Under the pieces are notes generated by a model that saw only the letters and a program-made list of their open reading frames with translations, made no database searches and was not told where the DNA came from. Below are positions 1 to 9,738 of a DNA stretch of 32,000 nt, one piece after another (the first letter of the stretch is position 1; each line of letters starts with the position of its first letter). This DNA is from Acutalibacteraceae bacterium (GTDB lineage: Bacteria > Bacillota > Clostridia > Oscillospirales > Acutalibacteraceae), in NCBI GenBank assembly GCA_045589395.1, contig JAZNOZ010000003.1:25576-57575 (forward strand). The letters run 5' to 3'. A program made the translations under genes and the position numbers.

Positions 1-1994
1 GAAATTTCATTAAGGCCTCTTCTTAAATATACTGAACTTCCGCTTTCAAATTCACATTCGGCACCGTCAACATTTATTGTTGAAGCAATACCTGCCGTAT
101 CGAGTGTGTAATATCCGTCGCCAGGAGCAACTGCAAGAAAAGCAGAGTCGTTTTCACTGTTTTTAAGAACGGTAATTGCATCAATATCTTCGTGTTGTTT
201 TACAAGCATACTGTCAAGCACAAAGGTTGTATCTGTAAAATAAAATTCAATGGTATGTTTTCCTCTTGGAAGCTCAACCGTAAGTGTTTTGCTGGTTGTA
301 AATTCGCTTTTTATGGTATTTTCAAGCAAAACAGCTTGTTCGTTACCGTCAATAACAACTTTTGCTGTTGCAAAATCTCTCTCTTCAGGTGTGGGCGCAT
401 TATTATGTTTACCGAAAACTACGGTAAGGTCATAAAGTCCGCTTTCTTTTGTTCTGAATTTAAGAGAAACTCCGTCACCCTCTTTTTCAATTCCGCCTAC
501 CATTCCTTCGGTTTTACCCGTGGTAGCATATGCACTGTCATATGTATATGTATCACCGAGAAGCTTTCCGTTTTCAAATTCATATCTTACGGGAATATTT
601 GTGTTGCGTATGGTTATATCAGATTCATTATAGGGAGAAACCGAAACAAAATATACGGCATCTGAATCCGTACCCGGTATTCCAATATTTACTTTTCCGT
701 TTGAAACCTTTGTCTGATACTCTTTTATAAGTATAGGTGAGGTCACTATACCCATAAGCCCCTCATAATAAACACATTCAACCTTTACGGTAACTTTTTC
801 ACCGAGATTTGTTTCGTTTAATCCTGTTATTTTAACATTTCTTTTGTTCACACTACCATTACAGATAACTGAAATTTCATCCTTTTGGAGCGAAAGAGCT
901 GCAATACCGTCTAATGCCAAGCGCTTATCTTCTCCGTCATATAAGGATTTATCAAATAGTGCTTTGGCAAATGTTTTTAGTCTGTATTGACCGCTCATTT
1001 CGGCATATTTTCTGAAAAGCCACCAATTTGAATTAGGGGAGTTGTCATCAGCACAGGTATCATTGAGATTATTGCTTAATCTCCAGAATGCCATATTTGC
1101 CCATACACCCGTTCTTTCAACAGCACAGATATACTGCAGCATATCAGCAGGATTGCCGTTTTCTTCCATAACACCGTATTCGGTTACAATTATGGGAAGC
1201 TTTTCAATACCGAGATTTTTTTCAATATTTCGATAATCCTCAACATGAATTTCCCAATGCGGAATTGACCAGTAACTAAGCTCATGATAAATCATTATTT
1301 CGGGAATACAGTTGTTTTCTTTACAATAGGTCAAAAATCCCGTAATTTTGTTTGTATCATAGTCAAAATATCCGGGACCGCCTATGACAGCATCCGAGTC
1401 AAGCGACTTTATATAATCATATGTAAGATGCCATGCTTCATAAAAATTTGCTTTTCCGACATCATCAAAGTGTACTTCACCGTCAATGTAATTACCGAAC
1501 CATACGGCATTGTCACATTCATTGAAAATACAGTAAACAAGTTTGTCAGAATATTCCTGCTGCTGCATATATTTGACGGCATCTTTTACAATAGGGAAGT
1601 AACGGCTATAAAGAAAATCCTTCCAATCATAACTCCCGTTTGCTCTCATTTCCATAATTTCATCATAACAGTAATACCATGTATCAAAAGCATCCTGAAG
1701 ATATATTGTTATGTAATCACAGTTATCCAATTGTTTGTACACACCGTCAATATCACCGGACGGATGCTGAAGACCGCCCACCACTTTCTGTGAAACAGAT
1801 GATATTGAAAGACTGTTTGTCATAGCTCCACTCGGCACACCGCTTTGAGCAAGACCATACAAAAAGCCGGTTGCTTTTGTGGTGGTTTCACCAACAATAT
1901 CAGCAGCATCAACATTTAATGTTGGTGCACCTGCAACGGGAAATGATTCAAAAAACAAAATTATAACAGTAATTAAGCTGATAAATTTGCTCAT
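1..1994 (-). CDS. secreted glycoside hydrolase with a clan GH-A (TIM-barrel)-like catalytic region and a C-terminal carbohydrate-binding-like module; the 3' end runs off the left edge of the window
   Basis: Absent from the ORF track because there is no stop in the window. The minus strand is open from ATG 1994-1992 (AAGGAGA about 6 nt upstream) down to position 1. The N-terminus MSKFISLITVIILFFESFPVAGA looks like a signal peptide. FNECDN (acid/base-like NE) and IIVTEYG (nucleophile-like) fit clan GH-A. The distal part, YEFENGKLLGD...GGIEKEGDGVSLKF, resembles CBM6/35. The + strand ORFs at 192-1793 are antisense artefacts. Confidence 0.7.
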   Translation of the reverse strand, partial: MSKFISLITVIILFFESFPVAGAPTLNVDAADIVGETTTKATGFLYGLAQSGVPSGAMTNSLSISSVSQKVVGGLQHPSGDIDGVYKQLDNCDYITIYLQDAFDTWYYCYDEIMEMRANGSYDWKDFLYSRYFPIVKDAVKYMQQQEYSDKLVYCIFNECDNAVWFGNYIDGEVHFDDVGKANFYEAWHLTYDYIKSLDSDAVIGGPGYFDYDTNKITGFLTYCKENNCIPEIMIYHELSYWSIPHWEIHVEDYRNIEKNLGIEKLPIIVTEYGVMEENGNPADMLQYICAVERTGVWANMAFWRLSNNLNDTCADDNSPNSNWWLFRKYAEMSGQYRLKTFAKALFDKSLYDGEDKRLALDGIAALSLQKDEISVICNGSVNKRNVKITGLNETNLGEKVTVKVECVYYEGLMGIVTSPILIKEYQTKVSNGKVNIGIPGTDSDAVYFVSVSPYNESDITIRNTNIPVRYEFENGKLLGDTYTYDSAYATTGKTEGMVGGIEKEGDGVSLKFRTKESGLYDLTVVFGKHNNAPTPEERDFATAKVVIDGNEQAVLLENTIKSEFTTSKTLTVELPRGKHTIEFYFTDTTFVLDSMLVKQHEDIDAITVLKNSENDSAFLAVAPGDGYYTLDTAGIASTINVDGAECEFESGSSVYLRRGLNEI

Positions 1995-2113
1995 ATAAAA
2001 TCTCCTTACAGTTAGTTATAAAAAAATTTTAACATAAAACTTATGCTATAGCAATATTTGTGCTTGATAATTTCAGAAAGATATTATATATTTAATTAAG
2101 GAGATGAACAGAA

Positions 2114-2950
2114 ATGAAAAATATTAAATCAGCTTTTTCGGTTTTGCTTGCATTATTTATAGTTTGTACAGCAATTTCTCTTCCGTTTACTTCAGCCTCA
2201 GCGGCTCCCGAGCAGAGAGAATACGGTTTCATTGATTGCAACGGGGTAAATATCGAGTATGCTGTTTACGGTGATACTGCAAAAGAACCGTTGGTTTTAT
2301 TACCGCCCAACGGCGGAGATATGCACAGCTTTGACGGAAATATACTCACAGAAATGTCAAAGCATTTTATGGTTATAACTGTTTCCCCGAGAGGCACAGG
2401 AAAATCAGACAGAGGTGAAGGTGAGCTTTCCTTTGAAATTATGAGTAATGATTTGCTATGCATCCTTGATTTTCTGGAGCTTAAACAAGTAAATATATTC
2501 GGCTTCAGCGATGGCGGTAACCTTGGCTTTGTTTTTACGGTAAACAATCCTGAAAGAGTTAAAGCACTTGCTGTAATGGGCTCAAATATAAATACCTGCG
2601 GAACAAAAACTTTTACGCAGATTGGTATTATCTTCGAATATATAGGTCTGTATATAAAAGCTTTATTTACTAAAGATGAAGCAGATATTCTTAAGCGAGA
2701 TATTCAGGGACTTATGGTTTTCCACCCTAATCTGACTTTTGAGGATATTGAAGCAATAAAAGTACCCGTGCTTAACATATACGGTGAAAATGATATGATA
2801 AAGCGTTCTCATTCAAAGAAAATAACACAGTCAATAGAAAACTGTGAGGAAATTATGATAATCGGCGGAGGACACAGCTCTTGCTTTGATTACACAGATA
2901 CAGTTATAAATCCCGCATTACTTGAATTTTTCGACATTAAAGCCGAGTAA
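2114..2950 (+). CDS. secreted alpha/beta-hydrolase (esterase/lipase-type serine hydrolase)
   Basis: 278-aa ORF with AAGGAGA upstream of the ATG. Signal peptide ends ...SLPFTSASA/APE. Nucleophile elbow is GFSDGG (G-x-S-x-G). A C-terminal GGGH matches the position of the triad His. Confidence 0.8.
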   Translation: MKNIKSAFSVLLALFIVCTAISLPFTSASAAPEQREYGFIDCNGVNIEYAVYGDTAKEPLVLLPPNGGDMHSFDGNILTEMSKHFMVITVSPRGTGKSDRGEGELSFEIMSNDLLCILDFLELKQVNIFGFSDGGNLGFVFTVNNPERVKALAVMGSNINTCGTKTFTQIGIIFEYIGLYIKALFTKDEADILKRDIQGLMVFHPNLTFEDIEAIKVPVLNIYGENDMIKRSHSKKITQSIENCEEIMIIGGGHSSCFDYTDTVINPALLEFFDIKAE

Positions 2951-2962
2951 GGAGTGTCAGAT

Positions 2963-4642
2963 ATGTCAGTACTATATCAGATTTTTTCATCCGTTCTTGC
3001 ATTTCTGCTTTTGATTTTCAACGGATCTCACGCTGTGTTTGTTGATATGTTCAATAACCACGAATTTACTGTTGATGCATCAGCTGTTGTCAGCAAGAAT
3101 ATCGCAAATCCCGTAAGCAATGTTAATATGTGGTCAATTTCAGAAAACGGTCCGTTTGTCAATGTAAGCAACAATAAGGAAAATGATATTTTTGAATTTG
3201 TTGATTATGTTCAGCTTATGCAATGCACTGGCGGCACATATGAGCGAGATTTGTTTGTTGATCCATATAATACAGAAGTTCTTGATGACTATGATTTTTC
3301 GGCTCTTATAGAAAACTGCCGCGGTATTTTATCGCTCGGTGCAAAGCCTTTGCTTAAGCTTGGCAGCGTTCCGATGAAATATACTTCTGCTGCTGCGTCA
3401 GGGGAGTTTGAAACAAATATTTATCCCCCCGATGATTATAATGTTTACTATAACTACATAAAAGCAATAACAGAAGCTTTGGTTGATGAATTCGGTCTGC
3501 AGGAGGTTTTAAGCTGGCGCTTCGGGGTTATGACCGAATATGAAAATGCAAGCTGGTTTATGGCAAAAAGCGGTGCTCCCGAAGACACAGCTGTTGAATT
3601 CTGTAAGCTTTATGACTATACCGTACAAGCGTTGATTGATGTTCTCGGTGAAGATGTTTTTGTCGGTGCACATTCTATGACTGTAACAGAGGGACTGTGG
3701 GATGAAGCAATATTCATAAAGCATTGTGCAAACGGCACAAACTATGCAAACGGAAAAAAAGGCTCTCATATAAATTATCTTTCAGCATCATACTATGATA
3801 GCACTCCCGGAAAATTCACAAGCGGAAAAACTCTGGTCAAAACAATTGATTTCTTGCGAGATACCGCAGAAAGCGTTGGTCTTACAGATTTGATTTACGG
3901 TATTGATGAAGGCAGAATTCTCAGCGGCAACACATTAGGCAAGGATAGCGACCAGTTATTGACAAGAACCTGTGGTTATACATATCAGGCTGCATATGAT
4001 GCGCGTCTTTACAAGCAGATGATAAAAAATGATATAAACTATTTTTCTGCATGGTCTTATCTTTCAAACGGTCTGCTTGAGGGTAACCCCACAGTAAGCT
4101 ATCATGTTGCAAAGCTTATTTCAGCCTTTGCAGGCTCAGACAGAGTGAAAACCACCAATAAGAGCTTCGGAACACTTATCGGTCAGGAAGTTGATGTACT
4201 GTCTGCATTTGATAATGAAAGTGAAACACTCCGTTTAATGGCATATAACTTCAGAAACAACTTGAACTATAAAGCAAAAGCAGAACTTGAGTTAAGCATA
4301 AATGCTCCGCAATTCAACGGCAAACAGGTAAAAATAACAACATATGTTATTGATGATAACTGTAACTATTTTGACGAATGGGTAGAAGACAGAAAAACCT
4401 ACAATATAACAGATGACTGTTTTGCCTGGTCTCCCGATGATCCGCAAATAGACAATCCGGTAACTCTTTCTGATCCTGCTGCGCGTGAAATATACAAAAC
4501 TAAGCTTTATGATAAGTATACACAATGCTCAAAGCTTGTTTCTGATGAAGAAATCAAAACTGTAGTAAACAACACACTTACTATCAATACAATTCTTGAT
4601 CCGAACACGGTTGTTTTCTATGAAATCACATTAGCTGAATAA
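2963..4642 (+). CDS. putative secreted or membrane-anchored glycoside hydrolase (clan GH-A-like, family unassigned)
   Basis: Long ORF. I prefer ATG 2963 (AAGGAG at 2949-2954, 8 nt spacing) over the track's GTG at 2954. The hydrophobic N-terminus VLYQIFSSVLAFLLLIFNGSHA looks like a signal anchor. SWRFGVMTEYEN and GIDEGR are candidate acid/base and nucleophile Glu motifs. The gene is clustered with other CAZymes. Product assignment is weak. Confidence 0.6.
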   Translation: MSVLYQIFSSVLAFLLLIFNGSHAVFVDMFNNHEFTVDASAVVSKNIANPVSNVNMWSISENGPFVNVSNNKENDIFEFVDYVQLMQCTGGTYERDLFVDPYNTEVLDDYDFSALIENCRGILSLGAKPLLKLGSVPMKYTSAAASGEFETNIYPPDDYNVYYNYIKAITEALVDEFGLQEVLSWRFGVMTEYENASWFMAKSGAPEDTAVEFCKLYDYTVQALIDVLGEDVFVGAHSMTVTEGLWDEAIFIKHCANGTNYANGKKGSHINYLSASYYDSTPGKFTSGKTLVKTIDFLRDTAESVGLTDLIYGIDEGRILSGNTLGKDSDQLLTRTCGYTYQAAYDARLYKQMIKNDINYFSAWSYLSNGLLEGNPTVSYHVAKLISAFAGSDRVKTTNKSFGTLIGQEVDVLSAFDNESETLRLMAYNFRNNLNYKAKAELELSINAPQFNGKQVKITTYVIDDNCNYFDEWVEDRKTYNITDDCFAWSPDDPQIDNPVTLSDPAAREIYKTKLYDKYTQCSKLVSDEEIKTVVNNTLTINTILDPNTVVFYEITLAE

Positions 4643-4652
4643 ACACTTAAGG

Positions 4653-4683
4653 CATCTTCGCAAAAAAACGAAGATGTCTTTTT
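4653..4683 (+). terminator. Rho-independent terminator after the glycosidase gene
   Basis: Stem CATCTTCG (4653-4660) pairs with CGAAGATG (4669-4676), followed by TCTTTTT. Confidence 0.6.
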
Positions 4684-4782
4684 ATTATCTGTGAATAAAA
4701 TATTTATATTGCATTCACAAAAAAAATAAGTTAGAATAGCTGTTTGAATTTATATTTTTTACATAAAAGGACATTTCTTGAT

Positions 4783-5472
4783 ATGCGCAAAACACTGAAA
4801 ACTGCATTTATGTCAACAATCCCCGTTTTAACGGGTTATTTAGCCCTCGGTTTCGGTTTCGGTATTTTACTTACCGCAAACGGCTTCGGCATTCCTTTGG
4901 CTTTTTTTATGAGCTTATTTATATATGCAGGCTCAATGCAATATGTTGCAATAGGTCTTCTTGCCGGAGGGGCACCGCTAATAACTGTTGCCATTACCAC
5001 GCTTATCGTAAATGCACGCCATCTTTTTTACGGAGTTTCAATGCTCGACAAATATAAAAATATCGGCAAAATAAAGCCCTATCTGATATTTGCGTTGACT
5101 GATGAAACATATTCCTTGTTATGTACGAATAATTCAAAAATTGAGCCCGAAAACAAAAAGAAGTATTATTTTTTGGTTTCAATACTTAATCACAGTTATT
5201 GGATAACAGGCTCTGTGCTCGGTGCAACCGTAGGCTCACTTGTTGATTTCAACAGTGAGGGAATTGATTTTGTTTTAACAGCATTGTTTATAACAATTTT
5301 TGTTGAACAGTGGATGAGCACAAAAAAACATATACCGGCACTCATCGGTATTTTTGCTTCAGTCGGAAGCATTATAATTTTTTCAAGTGAAAATTTTCTT
5401 ATTCCCGCAATGCTTATTATTGCATTACTGTTATGTCTGTATAAAGAAAATGACAGTGAAAAGGAGGCATAA
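4783..5472 (+). CDS. azlC: AzlC-family branched-chain amino acid exporter subunit
   Basis: N-terminus MRKTLKTAFMSTIPVLTGYLALGFGFGIL is typical of AzlC, and the protein is polytopic. ATG 4783 is preceded by AAAAGGA, and the track's TTG at 4744 is unlikely. An azlD-like gene follows directly. Confidence 0.85.
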   Translation: MRKTLKTAFMSTIPVLTGYLALGFGFGILLTANGFGIPLAFFMSLFIYAGSMQYVAIGLLAGGAPLITVAITTLIVNARHLFYGVSMLDKYKNIGKIKPYLIFALTDETYSLLCTNNSKIEPENKKKYYFLVSILNHSYWITGSVLGATVGSLVDFNSEGIDFVLTALFITIFVEQWMSTKKHIPALIGIFASVGSIIIFSSENFLIPAMLIIALLLCLYKENDSEKEA

Positions 5473-5477
5473 GCAAC

Positions 5478-5804
5478 ATGGGTGATTCAAAAGTATGGAT
5501 TTCAATTGCAATTATAGCATTAATCACAGCAGCTTTAAGGTTTTTGCCGTTTATAATCTTCAAAAATGACAAAAAAACTCCTGCAATCATAACCAAGCTC
5601 GGCAGAATTTTACCTTTTTCCGTAATGGGAATGCTTGTTGTGTATTGCTTAAAAGATGTAAGCTTCACAAGTCCGTCAGACTTTGTCCCTGCTTTGATTT
5701 CGTGCCTGCTTGTTGCAGGACTTTACATATGGAAAAGAAACACTCTTATAAGCATTGTCTGCGGAACGGTTTGCTATATGCTTTTAGTGCAGCTGGTATT
5801 TTAA
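5478..5804 (+). CDS. azlD: AzlD-family branched-chain amino acid transport protein
   Basis: 108-aa hydrophobic protein lying 5 nt after azlC, with AAGGAGG upstream. This is the canonical azlCD pair. Confidence 0.8.
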   Translation: MGDSKVWISIAIIALITAALRFLPFIIFKNDKKTPAIITKLGRILPFSVMGMLVVYCLKDVSFTSPSDFVPALISCLLVAGLYIWKRNTLISIVCGTVCYMLLVQLVF

Positions 5805-5814
5805 GAAAATAATA

Positions 5815-5860
5815 ACTCCCATCTGAAATCAACCTGTTTCTTGATGGGAGTTGTTGTTTT
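5815..5860. terminator. bidirectional terminator between convergent azlD and the symporter gene
   Basis: Stem ACTCCCATC (5815-5823) pairs with GATGGGAGT (5843-5851), followed by TGTTGTTTT. Confidence 0.55.
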
Positions 5861-5871
5861 ATATGGTTATT

Positions 5872-7359
5872 TTATTGAACTGCCTGAGAAGCTTTCTGCT
5901 TTTCCATATCAGCACTTCTTCTCTTCATAAGCTCATCCTGAATAGGCACAAGACGCTTCTTGGAAAGGGGATAGATTATTGTGAGAATAAGAATCAGAGT
6001 ATAAACTATAGCAGGAACGATTGTGCACATTTTGTAAATATTATGACCGACACTTCCTTTTACTGTTGTAACCGTGTCTTTAACCTTGTCATTATATCCT
6101 GTAAATTTAAGAAGCTGCATTCCTCCTGAGTCTGCCATCGTCTGACCGAGCTTTCTTGCAAAAGTGTAGACAGCATATATCGCACTTTCGCTCTTTCTGT
6201 GTGTGACATATTCCTGATAGTCTATAACATCCATAACAATCGCCCAGTTAGTTATACTCAGGAATGAATAACCAAGACCTATAAGAGCCTGCATTATGAA
6301 ATAAACGACTGTATTCGGTAAGAATACAGCATTGAAAATACTTGCAAATGATGCAAGACAAAGACCGAATACACACAATTCTTTCTTTCCGAATCTTTCA
6401 ACAAGCTTGGGAACAAAGAATATCAATGCAGCCATAGGAGCATATGTGCAAAGAGTGCTTATTATTGAAAGATTGGAATTTCCGAAATAGTTTTTAAACA
6501 GATACTGATTGAATGAGCCGAACTGCAGCAAACCGCTCGCAAGCACACCGGTCAAGGTAACTGTGATAAATGGAAGACTCTTGAACAGAGAACCGTATGT
6601 AAGCTTAAGATCAACCTTTTTCTTTTCGGGAGCAGATACAACTCTTTCTTTTGTGCTCTTATAACAGAACATATAGGCAAGCATAGAAACAACAGAGAAT
6701 ACAGCAGCAAGCATAAATGCCTTTGAACCGCTGAACTGCGAGGTTGTTGTTCCGTCCGGGTTCTGTATCTGGTTATATATAATCATCTGACCGATAAGCG
6801 TAACAGGAGCACCGCCTACACCACCGCCGACTGAACGGAAGGTTGAAAGGAGAGTACGCCCCTTTGGATCATCCGTGATAACAGAAGCAAGGGAACCGTA
6901 GGGAATGTTCATACCCGTATAGAGCATACCAAATGCGGTATATGTAATATAGGCAAAAATCAGTAAAACAGTATAATTACTGATATAGTTATTGATATTC
7001 AAAAAGCAAAGTATTGTTGAAATTCCCAAGGGTATAGCAACAACTTTTATGTACGGACGGAATTTTCCTTGTATTGTTGGTTTTCTCGCATCAACAATAA
7101 GACCCCATAACGGGTCATTAATTGCGTCCCAGAGTCTTACAACAAGGAAAAGAACAGTTATATCGTTATATACCTTTGTTGCATCGTAACCGACCATTAA
7201 GCTATCAGTATAAAAAACCTTAAGATATGTTGATATAAAAGTAAGAACCAACAGATTACCAATGTCACCGAACATATATCCGAGGCCTTCTTTTATTCCT
7301 ATTGCATTAGGGTGCTTAAGCGGGGGAGGGGTTGTAATTTTAGTTTCCTTCTTTTTCAT
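5872..7359 (-). CDS. glycoside-pentoside-hexuronide (GPH):cation symporter family transporter (MFS-like)
   Basis: 495-aa protein with about 12 TM segments. The motif WDAINDPLWGLIVD (D..NDP..G...D) is typical of MelB/YicJ-type GPH carriers. AGGAAGG lies upstream of the ATG. Confidence 0.85.
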   Translation of the reverse strand: MKKKETKITTPPPLKHPNAIGIKEGLGYMFGDIGNLLVLTFISTYLKVFYTDSLMVGYDATKVYNDITVLFLVVRLWDAINDPLWGLIVDARKPTIQGKFRPYIKVVAIPLGISTILCFLNINNYISNYTVLLIFAYITYTAFGMLYTGMNIPYGSLASVITDDPKGRTLLSTFRSVGGGVGGAPVTLIGQMIIYNQIQNPDGTTTSQFSGSKAFMLAAVFSVVSMLAYMFCYKSTKERVVSAPEKKKVDLKLTYGSLFKSLPFITVTLTGVLASGLLQFGSFNQYLFKNYFGNSNLSIISTLCTYAPMAALIFFVPKLVERFGKKELCVFGLCLASFASIFNAVFLPNTVVYFIMQALIGLGYSFLSITNWAIVMDVIDYQEYVTHRKSESAIYAVYTFARKLGQTMADSGGMQLLKFTGYNDKVKDTVTTVKGSVGHNIYKMCTIVPAIVYTLILILTIIYPLSKKRLVPIQDELMKRRSADMEKQKASQAVQ

Positions 7360-7457
7360 CGGTCAACCTTCCTTTTTATATATTATCTATATTTTATATC
7401 TTTTTTATTGTACTGTCAATGGCTCAAAATATCAAACTAATTTTATTTCTGTTTTAC

Positions 7458-7487
7458 TTGCAAAAGCTGTTGTCTTTGTGTTATAGT
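7458..7487 (+). promoter_or_regulatory. sigma-A-like promoter for the GH3-family gene
   Basis: TTGCAA (7458-7463), 18-nt spacer, TATAGT (7482-7487), about 40 nt upstream of ATG 7528. Confidence 0.4.
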
Positions 7488-7527
7488 ATTAATATATTAA
7501 CAAAATGTAAACAGGAGCGTGTTTTTA

Positions 7528-9219
7528 ATGGCAGGTTTTCTTTCAGATTGCGGTGTTTTTCTCGGTAGCATCGTATACAGAGGTTTTGAGCATTTCACAT
7601 CATGTGCAATGGAAACTCAGGAAAAAACTCTTCAGAAAATCATCGGCAAAAACAAAAATTGCGAATACGGCAAAAAGTATGATTTTGCAAACATAAAATC
7701 AATAAAAGATTATCAGGATAAGGTTCCTCTTTCCACCTTTGAGGATTATCTTCCGTTGATTGACAGAATGTTATATAATGATGAGGAAAATGTTATAACA
7801 GCAAGCAAGCCTATTCGCTATTGTGCTTCATCAGGCAGTATCGGTACACCTAAAATTCAGCCGAAATCTGCAAAAGATGTATGGAATATGCAGTGTATGG
7901 GCTTTGCCGCAACACCTGCTTGTGCATCAAGATATTTTAAATCCAAGGGGCTTATGAAAAAATTGCCACCTCAGATGGGTTTATTGATAATTTCTCTCAA
8001 TCCTCACATATTACCCAACGGAAAAAAGACATACGGTGCAGGTCAGGTTCCTTTTACTTTCCTTACTCCTTTACTTAAATATTTCACAACAACTCCCTTG
8101 GATATTCTCTATCCCGAAGATGAAGAACATACAAACTTACAGTATTTTTATCTTCGCTTTGGTCTTATTAACAGAAATGTCACATATTTCGGATGTACGG
8201 TTATAACATTAGTATCCACAATGTTTGAATATTTGGAAAACAACTGGGAAATGATTTGCAATGACATTGAAAAGGGAACTATTGACCCGTCTGTTCAATG
8301 TCCTGAATCCTTGCGCAAAAAATACGGCAAAATGAAACCCAATCCCATTCGTGCTGCCGAACTCAGAGCTGAGTTCCAAAAAGGCTTTGATACAGACAAA
8401 CCGATTGCTCAGAGAATATGGCCTAAGCTTCACTGGGGATACGGTATGATAAGCTCCACACTTGCTGTTTATGCCGAAAAGCTTAAAAGATATATCGGTG
8501 ATTTACCTATGCACAATATGGGATATGCCGCCTCCGAAGGCTTTATGGCAATGCCCGTCGAGCTTAATGCAAGTGACTATGTTCTGTTGCCAAGAAGTCT
8601 TTTCTATGAGTTTATCCCCGTTGATGCTCCTGAAGGCTCAAGACCTCTTACCCTTGATCAGCTTGAAATAGGTAAGGATTACGAAATAGTAATAACAAAC
8701 TTCTCGGGACTGTACAGATACAAAATTATGGATATAGTCAGAGTAACAGGCATATATAATCAGTCTCCGAAAATTGAATTCCTTTACAGATCAAATATGG
8801 GACTAAATACTGCCAATGAAAAAACAACCACACAGATGCTTGACTGGGTTGCAACAAAGACAGAAGAGCATTTCGGTATAAAATTCAGAGGCTACAGCTA
8901 TTATTCAGACCCCGATGCTAAATTACCGAGATATATAATGCTGGTTGACACAGATTCAGATATCCCCACTGTCAGAAATGAAGAATTCACACAGTTTGTT
9001 GATGACACATTCAAGGAAGCAAACGAAAAATATGAAAAATACAGAAGCTGGGGTATGCTAGATACTCCCGTTGTTTATCAGCTCGAGGATAATTCCTATG
9101 ATGCTTACAAAGCAAAGCTTGTTGCTGACGGCAGAGTGCTTAATCAGGTTAAGCCTGTTGTTGTTATCAATACCCCTGAGAGAAAAGAATTCTTCTTCTC
9201 CCGAATAAAAAACAAATAA
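7528..9219 (+). CDS. GH3 (Gretchen Hagen 3 / JAR1-like) family adenylate-forming acyl-acid amido synthetase homologue
   Basis: Family-typical features are present. These are the N-terminal ...IKDYQDKVPLSTFEDYLPLIDRM, SSGSIGTPKIQP (adenylation loop), GYAASEG, and YRYKIMDIVRVTG followed by PKIEFLYRSN. ATG 7528 (AGGAG 10 nt upstream) is preferred to the track start at 7519. Confidence 0.8.
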   Translation: MAGFLSDCGVFLGSIVYRGFEHFTSCAMETQEKTLQKIIGKNKNCEYGKKYDFANIKSIKDYQDKVPLSTFEDYLPLIDRMLYNDEENVITASKPIRYCASSGSIGTPKIQPKSAKDVWNMQCMGFAATPACASRYFKSKGLMKKLPPQMGLLIISLNPHILPNGKKTYGAGQVPFTFLTPLLKYFTTTPLDILYPEDEEHTNLQYFYLRFGLINRNVTYFGCTVITLVSTMFEYLENNWEMICNDIEKGTIDPSVQCPESLRKKYGKMKPNPIRAAELRAEFQKGFDTDKPIAQRIWPKLHWGYGMISSTLAVYAEKLKRYIGDLPMHNMGYAASEGFMAMPVELNASDYVLLPRSLFYEFIPVDAPEGSRPLTLDQLEIGKDYEIVITNFSGLYRYKIMDIVRVTGIYNQSPKIEFLYRSNMGLNTANEKTTTQMLDWVATKTEEHFGIKFRGYSYYSDPDAKLPRYIMLVDTDSDIPTVRNEEFTQFVDDTFKEANEKYEKYRSWGMLDTPVVYQLEDNSYDAYKAKLVADGRVLNQVKPVVVINTPERKEFFFSRIKNK

Positions 9220-9230
9220 AATTCATACGG

Positions 9231-9263
9231 TAGTGACAAGTTAATTGCTTGTCACTATTTTTT
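9231..9263 (+). terminator. Rho-independent terminator after the GH3-family gene
   Basis: Stem TAGTGACAAG (9231-9240) pairs with CTTGTCACTA (9248-9257), followed by TTTTTT. Confidence 0.7.
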
Positions 9264-9333
9264 CTTTTTCCTTTGTAATAATATATTAATCTGCCGCATA
9301 TTTTTGTATTGGACAACAAATACGGAGGTTAAT

Positions 9334-9720
9334 ATGAAAACAAAATATAAAACAAAAAACAGTTCTTTGGTATCTGCCTTTCTGACAGGGAATTGTATCG
9401 GACTTTTTGTCTTCGGCATTTTTGCTTCAGTTTTTGCTTTTATTTTAATAAAAAAAGATATTCCCAATGAAACAGTAAGATATTTTTTATTGATTTCTGC
9501 ATTTGCGGCAACATTTTTTTCTTCTTTTTATCCGGCCCGAAAAACAAAACTGAAAGGGATTTTTGTAGGATTGATAAACGGAGCAATAATATCATTCATA
9601 TTAATCTTACTGTTACTTATAATAAACAAATTAAATGTCACTTTCCATACATTTCTAATAGGTCCGATAGGTCTTATCGGAGGTTTAACAGGCGGAATTA
9701 TTGCATCAAATATAAAATAA
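9334..9720 (+). CDS. small polytopic membrane protein (YrzE/TIGR04086-like)
   Basis: ATG 9334 has GGAGG 6-7 nt upstream. The 128-aa protein has 3-4 TM helices and a Gly-rich C-terminal helix GLIGGLTGGIIASN. The family call is from memory only. Confidence 0.6.
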   Translation: MKTKYKTKNSSLVSAFLTGNCIGLFVFGIFASVFAFILIKKDIPNETVRYFLLISAFAATFFSSFYPARKTKLKGIFVGLINGAIISFILILLLLIINKLNVTFHTFLIGPIGLIGGLTGGIIASNIK

Positions 9721-9738
9721 AAGGAAGATAAATGTAAA

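Noticed and set aside
192-1793. Four + strand ORFs (192-665, 250-435, 530-730, 1042-1236, 1284-1793)
   Set aside because: They lie antisense to a continuous, motif-bearing minus-strand glycosidase ORF (1-1994). Their translations are Cys/Phe/Ile-rich low-complexity sequences without an RBS.
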